From an uncultured virus (IMG/VR IMGVR_UViG_3300042868_002089) (Duplodnaviria; Heunggongvirae; Uroviricota; Caudoviricetes), in the IMG/VR virus record IMGVR_UViG_3300042868_002089: a DNA stretch of 64,000 nt; one strand, given 5' to 3'. A model generated the notes under the pieces. That model was not told where the DNA came from and did no database searches. It saw only the letters and a list, made by a program, of their open reading frames with translations. Positions 1 through 8,398 of the stretch are shown here, piece by piece. The translations under genes and the position numbers were made by a program. Each line of letters begins with the position of its first letter. Position 1 is the stretch's first letter.

Positions 1-188
1 TCTGATTGTTCAACTTTCTGTAGCAGGTCGAGGAGATAACGCTCTGCAAGGGCTAGACCCGAAATAATCCCGCAGAGTTTTTGGTATTCATCAAATGATC
101 GACACGATCCCGCAGCCAAGTCATCTGCGTAGTTGTTCATGTCAGTACGTATTTTGTCGCGCAATACGGATGCGAATTCTTGGATCAT
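1..188 (-). CDS. Small phage protein downstream of portal (truncated by window edge)
   Basis: Manual translation MIQEFASVLRDKIRTDMNNYADDLAAGSCRSFDEYQKLCGIISGLALAERYLLDLLQKVEQS; ATG overlaps the portal stop (ATGA). Confidence 0.75.
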   Translation of the reverse strand, partial: MIQEFASVLRDKIRTDMNNYADDLAAGSCRSFDEYQKLCGIISGLALAERYLLDLLQKVEQS

Positions 189-2800
189 TTGGGTTCCTTA
201 CCTTGTGGCTGGCTTTTATCTGCAAACTGCAAAGACGTAGTGCGGGCTTGCAAATCCATTTCTTTTTGCCTCTTAGAAATTTCAGAGCCTAGCTTCACGC
301 CTGCAAGCTCTTGGTCAAACTGCTGTTTGGCTTTGCTCTCATTGATCTGAGCACCAATACGCATACCCTCAAGTTCTTTATCACTACGCAGTTTCTCGGT
401 GTCCAAATCAAGTTTGTCGGACTTGGCAGTCATGTCAGCCACCATCTTCTGGGCATCCAACTGCGCGGCTTGTTGTTTAAGCTGGAAGTCTTGTTGCATC
501 TTCTGCGCTTCCATTTGCAAACGTTGTTGTCCCAACTGGATGTTGGCCTGAACTTCCTGTTGCTTGACCTGCATCTCAGCTTGCTTGAGTTGCAACTCTT
601 GTTGTTGCATCTGGATGAGCGGGTCTTGCGCTTGTTGCTGAGCTTGCTGTTGTGCGGCTTGCGCTTGGTTTTGCTGCAGCATCTGCTGGGCCGCTTGCGC
701 CATCATGCTGGCCATTGCGTTGGCAACTGCTGTTGGCACCTGCTCGTCTTCTTTTGGAATTGTCATACCAAGTTGTTTCTCCAACTGCAACTTGTACTGG
801 AACCCTACGTGCTCTGCGATGTGTGCAGTCAGCGCCGCTTGAATCTGAGGAGCTTTGGGGTTCTGGCCAATCAACTGCATCACGGTTGGGTCTTGCATTA
901 TGCTGGTGTGCACAGCAAGGTGCGCGGCATGGTCTTGCTCTACAAACGCTTTGAGTGGCTCGCCCTTGAGCACAGCCATGTTCTCTGTCACAGGGTCTTT
1001 GGGTTTCTGGTCATCCTCAAGTGGTACAAGCTTGTCTGCGTTCTTGATACCCAACACCTCCAACATGTTGCGGTGCAACTGTGGCAGGTCATAGATATCT
1101 GGAGCCATCTGCGCCATCTGAATGACGGCTTGGTACTGCACCACACGCTGAGACATGGTGGCCGCATTGGGATCAGACACGGGGATAACGTCTACATGCG
1201 CGTAGTCAGACTTCTTAGCGCGTGGGCCGTCGTCGCCTTCTGGCTCGTATGAGTATGTGTCATCTGTGTAGTCACGGATGATGTCACGCAGAAGCTGCAA
1301 CTCTTGCTTCAAGGCGTAGTGCACACGGGCCTGCACAGCCGTCATGACTTTAAGCTGGCGCTCAAGCAGTGCCAGCGTTGTGCCGACAGGAGCCTGTGCA
1401 GACATGTCGGACACTTTCATATCCGCAGTAGCCGCAAAACGTCGTCCTTCGTCTACGATCTTATCGAGCAGTGCGGCAAGCACTGCTGAAGGCTCTTTAT
1501 ACGGCAGGGGCAGGATGCTGTCACGGATGGTGCCAGAGCCAATGTCTACGTCACGGAATTCACCCGGAGCGATTGGCGTGTCATCTCCCTTGATGCGCAG
1601 TCCTCTAGACTTGAGGCCACCGGGCAAGTTGGACAGTGTTCCTGCATCAATGAGCTGGCGCATGATGCTTGTAGCGGATTTAGCAAAGCCTCCGATAAGA
1701 TGGAACAGCCCGAAGCCATAAGCTCCAAAGCCCGGAATATACTGGTAGTGCACGAAGTGCTGGCGTTTGAGTTTGAGTGGATCATCTTCCTCCCAATTAC
1801 GGCGAATAGCTAAAACATCGTTTGTGCCGCGAATGATTGTCACCACGTACGGAAGCGCGATGCCTGTTGGCTCGCCATCGTCGTCCAAGTCTTCGTGACC
1901 CTTGATATCCAAGTCAACGTGGCACTCAAGGAGCGTGAAGCGGTCATCGTTCAGATCGCTAAAGCCTGTCTCTTTGTCCTTGGCTTTCTGAATATCGCCA
2001 ACAACTTTGTCTGGCTCACCCAGTTCTACTTCACAGTAAAACCCAGCTTGCTGCAGTTTCAAAATCTCATTCTTGGTCTTGCGCATAACGTGCGTGACGC
2101 GGTAGCAAGTCTGAATGTCCGATGTGCCGTATGGCAAGATCATGTCTTCCGCAGGGATAAAGATAGACACTTGGCGGCCAAGTGAGGGGTCGTAGTACAC
2201 CTTCTTAAATGCGGAGCCTGTGGCCGGCAGTGACCACAACATGCGCTCATGCTCAGGACGGAACTCAACCATCTTCTCAGTCAGCTGGTAGTTCATATCC
2301 GCTTCTACGCGCACAGCCGCTTCTTGCTTCTGAGGTGTCTCTTTACCAAGGATTTTGGTACGCACGGGGCCTTGCGCGGGGAATGTCTCGGTGATTGTCT
2401 CTGACTGGAAGCGCACAACAGCTTCTGTAATCATCGGGTGGAACACACCAGAGGCTCCGTTCCAAGGCTCGGTGCGCTCTTCCATCTGCAAGCCCAGAAG
2501 CTTCAAGCCTTCTGTGTAGGCTTTCTCCCAATCCTTGCGGGAGCTCTTATCTTGCTCAATGTCGCCTGCCAAGTCACTGGCCAGCGTCTCCATAGCGCTC
2601 TCGTCCATGTACTCAGCCAAGTTAGCGTCAAAGTCTTCAGCAGACGGCTCGCCCGGCTCGATCTCAATCTCCATACCGTCTATGCCAATCTTGACCATTT
2701 CAGGATCAACGATCTCAATCTCGATGGGAGACTCGTCCTCTGCCAGCTCTTCAATGCCTGTTGGAGATTGGTACAGCGCTTTGTCAATGTTCGTTGCCAT
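185..2800 (-). CDS. Portal protein
   Basis: 871 aa directly downstream of TerL; P22-like portal layout (SRKDWE, PWNGASGVFHP, GSAFKKVYYD, GAYGFGL) with a Q-rich C-terminal coiled coil. Confidence 0.9.
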   Translation of the reverse strand: MATNIDKALYQSPTGIEELAEDESPIEIEIVDPEMVKIGIDGMEIEIEPGEPSAEDFDANLAEYMDESAMETLASDLAGDIEQDKSSRKDWEKAYTEGLKLLGLQMEERTEPWNGASGVFHPMITEAVVRFQSETITETFPAQGPVRTKILGKETPQKQEAAVRVEADMNYQLTEKMVEFRPEHERMLWSLPATGSAFKKVYYDPSLGRQVSIFIPAEDMILPYGTSDIQTCYRVTHVMRKTKNEILKLQQAGFYCEVELGEPDKVVGDIQKAKDKETGFSDLNDDRFTLLECHVDLDIKGHEDLDDDGEPTGIALPYVVTIIRGTNDVLAIRRNWEEDDPLKLKRQHFVHYQYIPGFGAYGFGLFHLIGGFAKSATSIMRQLIDAGTLSNLPGGLKSRGLRIKGDDTPIAPGEFRDVDIGSGTIRDSILPLPYKEPSAVLAALLDKIVDEGRRFAATADMKVSDMSAQAPVGTTLALLERQLKVMTAVQARVHYALKQELQLLRDIIRDYTDDTYSYEPEGDDGPRAKKSDYAHVDVIPVSDPNAATMSQRVVQYQAVIQMAQMAPDIYDLPQLHRNMLEVLGIKNADKLVPLEDDQKPKDPVTENMAVLKGEPLKAFVEQDHAAHLAVHTSIMQDPTVMQLIGQNPKAPQIQAALTAHIAEHVGFQYKLQLEKQLGMTIPKEDEQVPTAVANAMASMMAQAAQQMLQQNQAQAAQQQAQQQAQDPLIQMQQQELQLKQAEMQVKQQEVQANIQLGQQRLQMEAQKMQQDFQLKQQAAQLDAQKMVADMTAKSDKLDLDTEKLRSDKELEGMRIGAQINESKAKQQFDQELAGVKLGSEISKRQKEMDLQARTTSLQFADKSQPQGKEPK

Positions 2801-2808
2801 GTGTGTTC

Positions 2809-4350
2809 CTAATAGTATGCGTACGACTTGCGGCGGAAGTAATCAGGGTCATCCTTCGCATCCGTGTTCAAAGTGATAAAACCGCCTTGCCTAAAGCGTA
2901 GCAGTGCTTGTGTGGTCGTGTCCACGAAGTCATCGTGCTCCCCAACTGGGAAAGCCGCCATCTCTTCGATCACTTCTCGTGCCCAGCGTGTGTCCGGTGC
3001 CCAGACCATGCCAGAGGCAAACAAATCAGCCACTGCGTTTAATCGTACCATCTTGTCGTTGCCGCGGCTAGGATTTGTTTCCTGCACGGGAATGTCCATA
3101 GCCCGCAGTTCTTGGATCAGCGGAGCGCCTGCGGCCTTCTTCTCCACGATGAACGCATCTGGCTCCCACTCCTTGTAGTGCTTAAGCGCAACTTCTTTAA
3201 GTTCAGGGAACGTCATGCGGTCTTTGAACGCATCAAGCAAGATAATCTGCGTCGCGTCCTTCTCCTCTTCGTTGAAGAACACGCCCCATGTGGTGCAGGC
3301 TGAATAGTCAGAGTTGTTCTTGGTCTCAAACGCCGTATCCCACGACTGAATGACGTAATCGCACTGCGGCGGGTCTTCAGACTCCCATATGCGCCACATT
3401 TTGCGCCCAACGATGGCTGAGTTCTCGCTTGTGGGCTGCTGCATGTACTGCGCGTTCCAATACCTAGGCTCAATGGACGCTTTAGTCGCTTTAAGTGCGG
3501 CGAGAGGCCACTGCTCTGGCCACAAGGACTTCTCCGTGTCCTGATCTTCGTTGAGAATGGCGGGAAGCTCCACGATTTCCCATGGAATAGCCTCGGGGTT
3601 GCGAGCTTGGTAGTCAATCAAGCGCCCAGTCAGGTCTAACAGCGACCATCTGGTCATAATCACAATGATCGCACCACCGGGCATCAAGCGTTGCAAGGGG
3701 CCGGTTTGGAACCAAGACCATGCAGTGTCAAAAGCAAGCCGTGAGTTGGCTTTTACGTCTTGTTCTGAATGAGGGTCATCAATGACGAAAAGATCAGCCC
3801 CACGGCCAGCCAGTGCGCCACCAACACCAGCAGCATAATACTGACCACCAGCAGAAGTCGACCACTTACCGGCAGCTTTCTGATCGTCTGCGACCATTGT
3901 TTGGGGGAAAACTTCACGATACTCCTCCGATTCAATCAAGTTACGCACTCTACGGCCAAAGTCTTCAGACAAACCAGCGGTGTGGGTGCCCATGATGATC
4001 TTCTTATTAGGGTATTTACCTAGGAAGTACGCAGGGAACAGGTATGAGGAGAACTCTGACTTACCCATACGTGGCGCGATGTTGATAATCACGCGCTTTT
4101 TCTTGCCCTCGACCACATCTGTGAAGATTTTGGCCAGTTTCCTGTGGTGCGGCCCGATCTTAAAGCCCGGATAGACGCTCTGAGCGAACCCCAACATGTT
4201 TGTTTTGGCCGCCTGCAAGCTGGCGCGGGCTTCACGCATCTCCAAGTCTTGGAAGAGCTCCATCTTTTCTGCCAACGTCATGTGCGGCAGTGCCTTGGCC
4301 ATTGCTTCTAGCTCAAGTTTGCTAAGAGTTGTGAACTTTTCAGTCTTCAT
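2809..4350 (-). CDS. terL: Terminase large subunit
   Basis: Walker A-like APRMGKS, Walker B-like FVIDDP, RNase H-like nuclease SWDTA...DYSA and HDDFVDTTTQAL. Confidence 0.95.
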   Translation of the reverse strand: MKTEKFTTLSKLELEAMAKALPHMTLAEKMELFQDLEMREARASLQAAKTNMLGFAQSVYPGFKIGPHHRKLAKIFTDVVEGKKKRVIINIAPRMGKSEFSSYLFPAYFLGKYPNKKIIMGTHTAGLSEDFGRRVRNLIESEEYREVFPQTMVADDQKAAGKWSTSAGGQYYAAGVGGALAGRGADLFVIDDPHSEQDVKANSRLAFDTAWSWFQTGPLQRLMPGGAIIVIMTRWSLLDLTGRLIDYQARNPEAIPWEIVELPAILNEDQDTEKSLWPEQWPLAALKATKASIEPRYWNAQYMQQPTSENSAIVGRKMWRIWESEDPPQCDYVIQSWDTAFETKNNSDYSACTTWGVFFNEEEKDATQIILLDAFKDRMTFPELKEVALKHYKEWEPDAFIVEKKAAGAPLIQELRAMDIPVQETNPSRGNDKMVRLNAVADLFASGMVWAPDTRWAREVIEEMAAFPVGEHDDFVDTTTQALLRFRQGGFITLNTDAKDDPDYFRRKSYAYY

Positions 4351-4921
4351 CTGACTTTTCTTCAGACACGTCGACTACATCGATCACACCCATGAACCTA
4401 TTGAGCTTGTCTTTGATCCGCGCTTCAAGCTCAACGTCTGACATTTCGGTCTTCTTGACCTCGACTCGCTCCGTGAACAGCGCAACCTCAGTGACTTTAC
4501 CCAGCATGTCTAGCGCTTTGAGCCGTATGCGCGCATCTGGGTGGTCTACTTCTTCTAAGATCTTAGCTACGGCAAAACCGCGCAGTTCTTTGGCTTGCTC
4601 CACAAACGCCCAATCGTAGGCGGTAAGCATTCCCACCAAATGCTGGACTGCCGCTGGCGCTTTAATGTTAGCAAGTGCTTGCTGTGTGTTCTGTGGCGGC
4701 TGGCCGGTGACTAAAGATGCAAAAGATTGCCGCGCTGCTTGGGCGTCTGCCTTGGACTCTACTGCTTCGTCGTCTAGCTCCAGCTCTTTAAGCCAGTCGG
4801 CAGTTTTGACTTGTGCATCAATGATGGTTGCAGGCTCAGCCTTATCAAGCGGCAAAAGCGTAGCCGCAGTCATATCGACTACGTCTGGGTGAAATTCGCC
4901 GTGAATAAGATGTTCTAGCAT
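4340..4921 (-). CDS. terS: Probable terminase small subunit (start reassigned to ATG at 4921)
   Basis: Immediately upstream of and overlapping terL; RLKALDMLGK motif typical of TerS; the longer upstream extension runs through promoter/terminator sequence. Confidence 0.7.
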   Translation of the reverse strand: MLEHLIHGEFHPDVVDMTAATLLPLDKAEPATIIDAQVKTADWLKELELDDEAVESKADAQAARQSFASLVTGQPPQNTQQALANIKAPAAVQHLVGMLTAYDWAFVEQAKELRGFAVAKILEEVDHPDARIRLKALDMLGKVTEVALFTERVEVKKTEMSDVELEARIKDKLNRFMGVIDVVDVSEEKSDED

Positions 4922-4950
4922 TTTTGCGTAGGTTAGTGCTGGCGTCGCAC

Positions 4951-4999
4951 TTGTTGCCTCGTTGCAGTTAGTGTACACTTCTTTTTGGCAATGGTGCAA
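4951..4999. promoter_or_regulatory. Bidirectional sigma70-like promoter built on the palindrome AGTGTACACT
   Basis: Plus: TTGTTG(4951-4956)-17bp-TACACT(4974-4979). Minus: TTGCAC(4999-4994)-18bp-TACACT(4975-4970), pointing at terS. Confidence 0.55.
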
Positions 5000-5070
5000 A
5001 TTTTTTGTTCTGTTGCTTCTCCTTGAGGTTCGCCTCCTTGCGCCCCGGCTAAACACCGGGGCTCTTTTTT
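4986..5070 (+). ncRNA. Putative anti-Shine-Dalgarno small RNA
   Basis: Own predicted promoter; single-stranded TTGCTTCTCCTT (5013-5024); GAGG-TTCG-CCTC hairpin (5025-5036); intrinsic terminator; complementary to early/middle RBSs. Confidence 0.6.
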
Positions 5071-5073
5071 ATT
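5042..5073 (+). terminator. Rho-independent terminator
   Basis: GCCCCGG-ctaaaca-CCGGGGC followed by TCTTTTTTATT. Confidence 0.8.
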
Positions 5074-5078
5074 GGCCA

Positions 5079-5094
5079 TGTCAAACGTTGGACA
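5079..5094. promoter_or_regulatory. Operator-like 16-bp imperfect palindrome (copy 1)
   Basis: TGTCAAACGTTGGACA; reverse complement TGTCCAACGTTTGACA matches copies at 13540 and 22894. Confidence 0.55.
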
Positions 5095-5287
5095 TTGGTC
5101 TTTGAAATTTTTTATAGTGGGGTGGGGGGTGGCGTTTTGGCTTTGAGATTTTGAAAAATTGGATTTGCGGGTGAGAAACAGTGTTTATGTGGACATGGTG
5201 CACCTACCCATTTTAGGGGTCATGGGGGTATGGTGGGGTCAACAGAACCCCAAAATAGGTACTTTCGTTTCTCATTCAGACCCCTCA

Positions 5288-5296
5288 TGGTAAAAT
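5288..5296 (+). promoter_or_regulatory. Early promoter, extended -10
   Basis: TGgTAAAAT upstream of the first plus-strand gene; predicted start about 5303, coinciding with the base of a hairpin. Confidence 0.55.
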
Positions 5297-5331
5297 AGAG
5301 GTATCGGTTAGGGAATCAGTCCTAGTCGATG

Positions 5332-5349
5332 CGGGGAGATTCCTCCCCG
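5332..5349. repeat. GGGGAGA-type palindrome copy 1
   Basis: CGGGGAG-attc-CTCCCCG. Confidence 0.8.
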
Positions 5350-5382
5350 ACAACAAACCATAGTCAACTCAAGGAGATCATC

Positions 5383-5832
5383 ATGACTAAATCAACTCTC
5401 ATCAATGTTACTTACTCTCAGTTTGCAGAGGGTGTCGGTCGCACAGATCGCATGACACTCGAAGCAAGTCTTGCATGGCACAAGGCATATGTGAAGCTCG
5501 ACAAGGAATCACAGTCAGCATGGCGTGACGACTTTGTGCTGAACTATGTTGTGGGTAAGCTCGATACCACAATGAAGCAAGCTGAGATTATTTATGCTCA
5601 GACTCGTGTCGAACGCACAGCCGAGCACGAGAAGGCTGTCAATGCGGGTTGTGCTAAGTTCCGCCACCACATCAGCCGCCCTGAGAAATCAGACGGCAAG
5701 AAGGTTGTGGTCAAGTTCACTCGTGAGCAGGTTAGTGCTTGCGACAATGCGCTTGCGGCTTTCGAGGCTGAGACACTTGCCGAGCAGATCAAGATGTTGC
5801 GTGCTTACCTCGCTACTCTCGAAACTAAATAA
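5383..5832 (+). CDS. Early hypothetical protein (first early gene)
   Basis: 149 aa MTKSTLIN...; RBS CTCAAGGAGA at 5368-5377. Confidence 0.85.
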   Translation: MTKSTLINVTYSQFAEGVGRTDRMTLEASLAWHKAYVKLDKESQSAWRDDFVLNYVVGKLDTTMKQAEIIYAQTRVERTAEHEKAVNAGCAKFRHHISRPEKSDGKKVVVKFTREQVSACDNALAAFEAETLAEQIKMLRAYLATLETK

Positions 5833-5835
5833 TCT

Positions 5836-5852
5836 CGGGAGATTTCTCCCCG
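5836..5852. repeat. GGGGAGA-type palindrome copy 2
   Basis: cGGGAGA-tt-TCTCCCcg. Confidence 0.75.
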
Positions 5853-5891
5853 ACACCGCAAGGGCGAGTCTCTTGCGGTGTTTCATTCTTT
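5853..5891 (+). terminator. Terminator-like hairpin
   Basis: ACACCGCAAG-9nt-CTTGCGGTGT followed by TTCATTCTTT. Confidence 0.55.
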
Positions 5892-5920
5892 GTCCAATCA
5901 ATAATCTCAAGGAGATCATC

Positions 5921-6103
5921 ATGCAATTCTCAGCACCCTACACACCCATCGAGTTCTACGATGCGAGCTTCAACACAGACTCAAAGCACACATTGTGGTG
6001 CGTTCGTGTCACAGGTGCTACTCGTTACGAGCCAATGCCTATGCCCAAAGGTCATTGCGTTGCGCCACCTGACGATAGCGATCTCGACAACATCTCGTTC
6101 TAA
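5921..6103 (+). CDS. Early hypothetical protein
   Basis: MQFSAPY... 60 aa; RBS CTCAAGGAGA 5906-5915. Confidence 0.75.
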   Translation: MQFSAPYTPIEFYDASFNTDSKHTLWCVRVTGATRYEPMPMPKGHCVAPPDDSDLDNISF

Positions 6104-6174
6104 GGAAACTCTACAAGCATAGCGTGCTGTGCTTGTGGGGCAATCCTGCCCACATAACTCTCAAGGAGAAAATC

Positions 6175-6351
6175 ATGACACCAACCAAAGTCATCTCACA
6201 CATCGTGTGTTCACTCGCACTCGTCACATCCATCATCGTGGGTTTGTGGTGCATGAACGAATACGGCGTTGCCCCATTGTGGGCATTGCTCACGCTTGGC
6301 GGATCGTTCTTGTTCGGCACTCAACTCATGCTCATCATCACAGGAGAATAA
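6175..6351 (+). CDS. Small two-TM membrane protein
   Basis: MTPTKVISH...; two hydrophobic stretches; RBS CTCAAGGAGAA. Confidence 0.75.
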   Translation: MTPTKVISHIVCSLALVTSIIVGLWCMNEYGVAPLWALLTLGGSFLFGTQLMLIITGE

Positions 6352-6353
6352 CC

Positions 6354-6602
6354 ATGTACCAACTGTTCAATCAATACCGCACCAAAGAAGTAGGCATCGT
6401 CAAACTTGGCGCTCAAGAGTATCACCTGCAATACCACTACCCCAACGGAGGCAGCAACTACGTTGTCTACGTCTTCAGCAAGAACCTAGCCGAGAGAGGG
6501 CGTGTATTCAGCACAGACGATGCGTTCTTCGCATGGCTCGAAGCCCAGCCCAAGCAACTGAATTTACCTTTCGGGGAGACATCTCCCCGAGATCATCAAT
6601 AA
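6354..6602 (+). CDS. Early hypothetical protein
   Basis: MYQLFNQY...; RBS AGGAGAA. Confidence 0.75.
   Translation: MYQLFNQYRTKEVGIVKLGAQEYHLQYHYPNGGSNYVVYVFSKNLAERGRVFSTDDAFFAWLEAQPKQLNLPFGETSPRDHQ
6571..6590. repeat. GGGGAGA-type palindrome copy 3
   Basis: TCGGGGAGA-ca-TCTCCCCGA. Confidence 0.85.
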
Positions 6603-6631
6603 TCTACATTATTGAGGCAAAAAACCAGTCA

Positions 6632-6938
6632 CGGCCAAATGTCCAACACTACAACCCGTGAACTAAGTTCCGTGTAACCCCGCAACCCGCATGAACAGTA
6701 GCGTTCCGCAAAAACTGTCCTATCTATCTATCTATTTAATATATATTTATATATATAGATGTGTCTATTAGGGGGTGCTCATTCTTTTTCTTTGGGACAC
6801 TTGCTTTTTTAAGTTGGCGTTAGCTTCCCAGAAAAAAGATAGATAGTTCGCACACTTTTCGTGCTAAGCTAGCATTGGTGCGGGTTCAGAACCTACACGG
6901 AAATTAGTCACAGCCCTTTAGTGTTGGACATTTGGCCG
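6632..6938. repeat. Long imperfect inverted repeat around an AT-rich core (candidate origin)
   Basis: Perfect 20-bp outer IR (6632-6651 / 6919-6938), degenerate arms of about 100 bp, TATC repeats and an A/T-only tract at about 6733-6757. Confidence 0.8.
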
Positions 6939-6965
6939 ACACTCAATTTTGGAGTCAATAATCTC

Positions 6966-7670
6966 ATGTACGAAACATACCTCAAACTCAGCGCAAACGA
7001 GCTTCACAACCGCTTAACCGAGCGCAACCTGCACCCAGCCGAGATCGAAAGAATAAAAAACGAGGTGCAATCTTTGAAAGAAACCCTGCGTGTCTCACGC
7101 ATCACACGCACACAGCGCAAGGCAGAGTGGGACAAAGTACTGCAACCCCTGCGCTACGAGATCAATAATGCCAAAGTTGGCATGAGATACGGCGGGGAGA
7201 AAGTCTCCCCAGAACGACAACACGCCTTCAGCGAGTACGTACGCATCATGGAGAAGCTGCTTGCCATGCTAGATGCCCCATTCAAAGCGCTAGACCACAC
7301 GCCCATACAGATCGCTCGTGACAAGGGACTGCCCAACGATGGCGAGCATTGGACTGACTGGATACCTGCAAGGGTCAAGGAGAAGGTAACGGATCTATTC
7401 AATCAAATCGAGGTAGCACCAAGGGGCAAGCGTAAGACGCCCTTCCAACGCACGATGCTCCCTCATCAGCACGAAACAGCCAAGGTGAGATTATTGACCA
7501 AGACAAAGAAAGAGATGGAAACGCTCGAACGCAAGATCGCAATCAACGCATCAGACGAGCGCACAGCCAAGCTCAAACAGATGCAACGAGCCATCAAGAT
7601 TATTGAGGCTCTGGACAAGAACGAAGCTGTACCAGCCACATGGACAAAACTCAACATGGGGGAGGACTGA
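6966..7670 (+). CDS. Hypothetical basic, helical protein
   Basis: MYETYLKLS... 234 aa; RBS GGAG. Confidence 0.85.
   Translation: MYETYLKLSANELHNRLTERNLHPAEIERIKNEVQSLKETLRVSRITRTQRKAEWDKVLQPLRYEINNAKVGMRYGGEKVSPERQHAFSEYVRIMEKLLAMLDAPFKALDHTPIQIARDKGLPNDGEHWTDWIPARVKEKVTDLFNQIEVAPRGKRKTPFQRTMLPHQHETAKVRLLTKTKKEMETLERKIAINASDERTAKLKQMQRAIKIIEALDKNEAVPATWTKLNMGED
7194..7210. repeat. GGGGAGA-type palindrome copy 4 (intragenic)
   Basis: GGGGAGA-aag-TCTCCCC. Confidence 0.75.
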
Positions 7671-7688
7671 CTATCAACATTCTTTCTT

Positions 7689-7719
7689 TTGGGGAGATAT
7701 CTCCCCAAGGGAATTCCCT
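7689..7719. repeat. GGGGAGA-type palindrome copy 5 plus adjacent 12-bp palindrome
   Basis: TTGGGGAGATATCTCCCCAA (perfect 20 bp) then AGGGAATTCCCT. Confidence 0.85.
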
Positions 7720-7781
7720 GTGCTCGGCACTTGGGCAACGCTGTGCACCATCCGCAACCTGCCTAATCAAGGAGAAACAAA

Positions 7782-7970
7782 ATGAAAAGAGAACCACACA
7801 GCAAGTACACCCACGCCATCGTGGAAGTCAAACTAACTGTCACATGGAACGATGGCATCGTTGAGGACTTAACGCCTCACCTACCGCCTGAGCTTCAGTC
7901 GAACATCGAGGAGTACCTCGTTGAGATGGATGACCTGCGTACGCAGAACCCTGCCAACTATTTTCTGTAA
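7782..7970 (+). CDS. Early hypothetical protein
   Basis: 62 aa; RBS TCAAGGAGAAACAA. Confidence 0.8.
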   Translation: MKREPHSKYTHAIVEVKLTVTWNDGIVEDLTPHLPPELQSNIEEYLVEMDDLRTQNPANYFL

Positions 7971-7981
7971 GGAGAAACAAA

Positions 7982-8398
7982 ATGAAATATGAAACGCTAA
8001 TGGAAGCGCAACTGAGCGCCTACCCTGACAGCATCAAGCTGACTGACCTACAGATGATGGATACCTTACGCACCGCCACACCTGACTGGCTCAGCTATCG
8101 CAAGCTCAAGGAGTGGCGGTACTACTCTGACTTGAGCGATGCGTTGAAGGAAGACGAGTGGCTTGTCAATCGTATGTATGAGACCTCGGTGGATCTGCAA
8201 AGTGAAGAGGCACGAGCGCAATGGGCGAGGAACGCCTTCATCTATCGGGCAGAGACGCCCGAAGGGTTCTTCTACGCCTGTTGCAAACAACCTGACGGCA
8301 AATACAAGTTCGTTGGGTTCAGGTACGGACTCGAAGACAGCGAGTACGCATCAGGGTTCGGTGGCATGAATTACACACCAGAAGGAGAAAGCAAATGA
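7982..8398 (+). CDS. Early hypothetical protein
   Basis: 138 aa; RBS AAGGAGAAACAA. Confidence 0.8.
   Translation: MKYETLMEAQLSAYPDSIKLTDLQMMDTLRTATPDWLSYRKLKEWRYYSDLSDALKEDEWLVNRMYETSVDLQSEEARAQWARNAFIYRAETPEGFFYACCKQPDGKYKFVGFRYGLEDSEYASGFGGMNYTPEGESK

Noticed and set aside
311..1252. 313-aa plus-strand ORF and many similar antisense ORFs (e.g. 35884-36597, 39984-40718, 48696-49478)
   Set aside because: Shadow frames of well-supported genes; Leu-rich or mirror-collagen composition; no RBS
4922..5056. N-terminal extension of TerS given in the ORF track
   Set aside because: Runs through the predicted promoter and the opposite-strand terminator; no suitably spaced RBS
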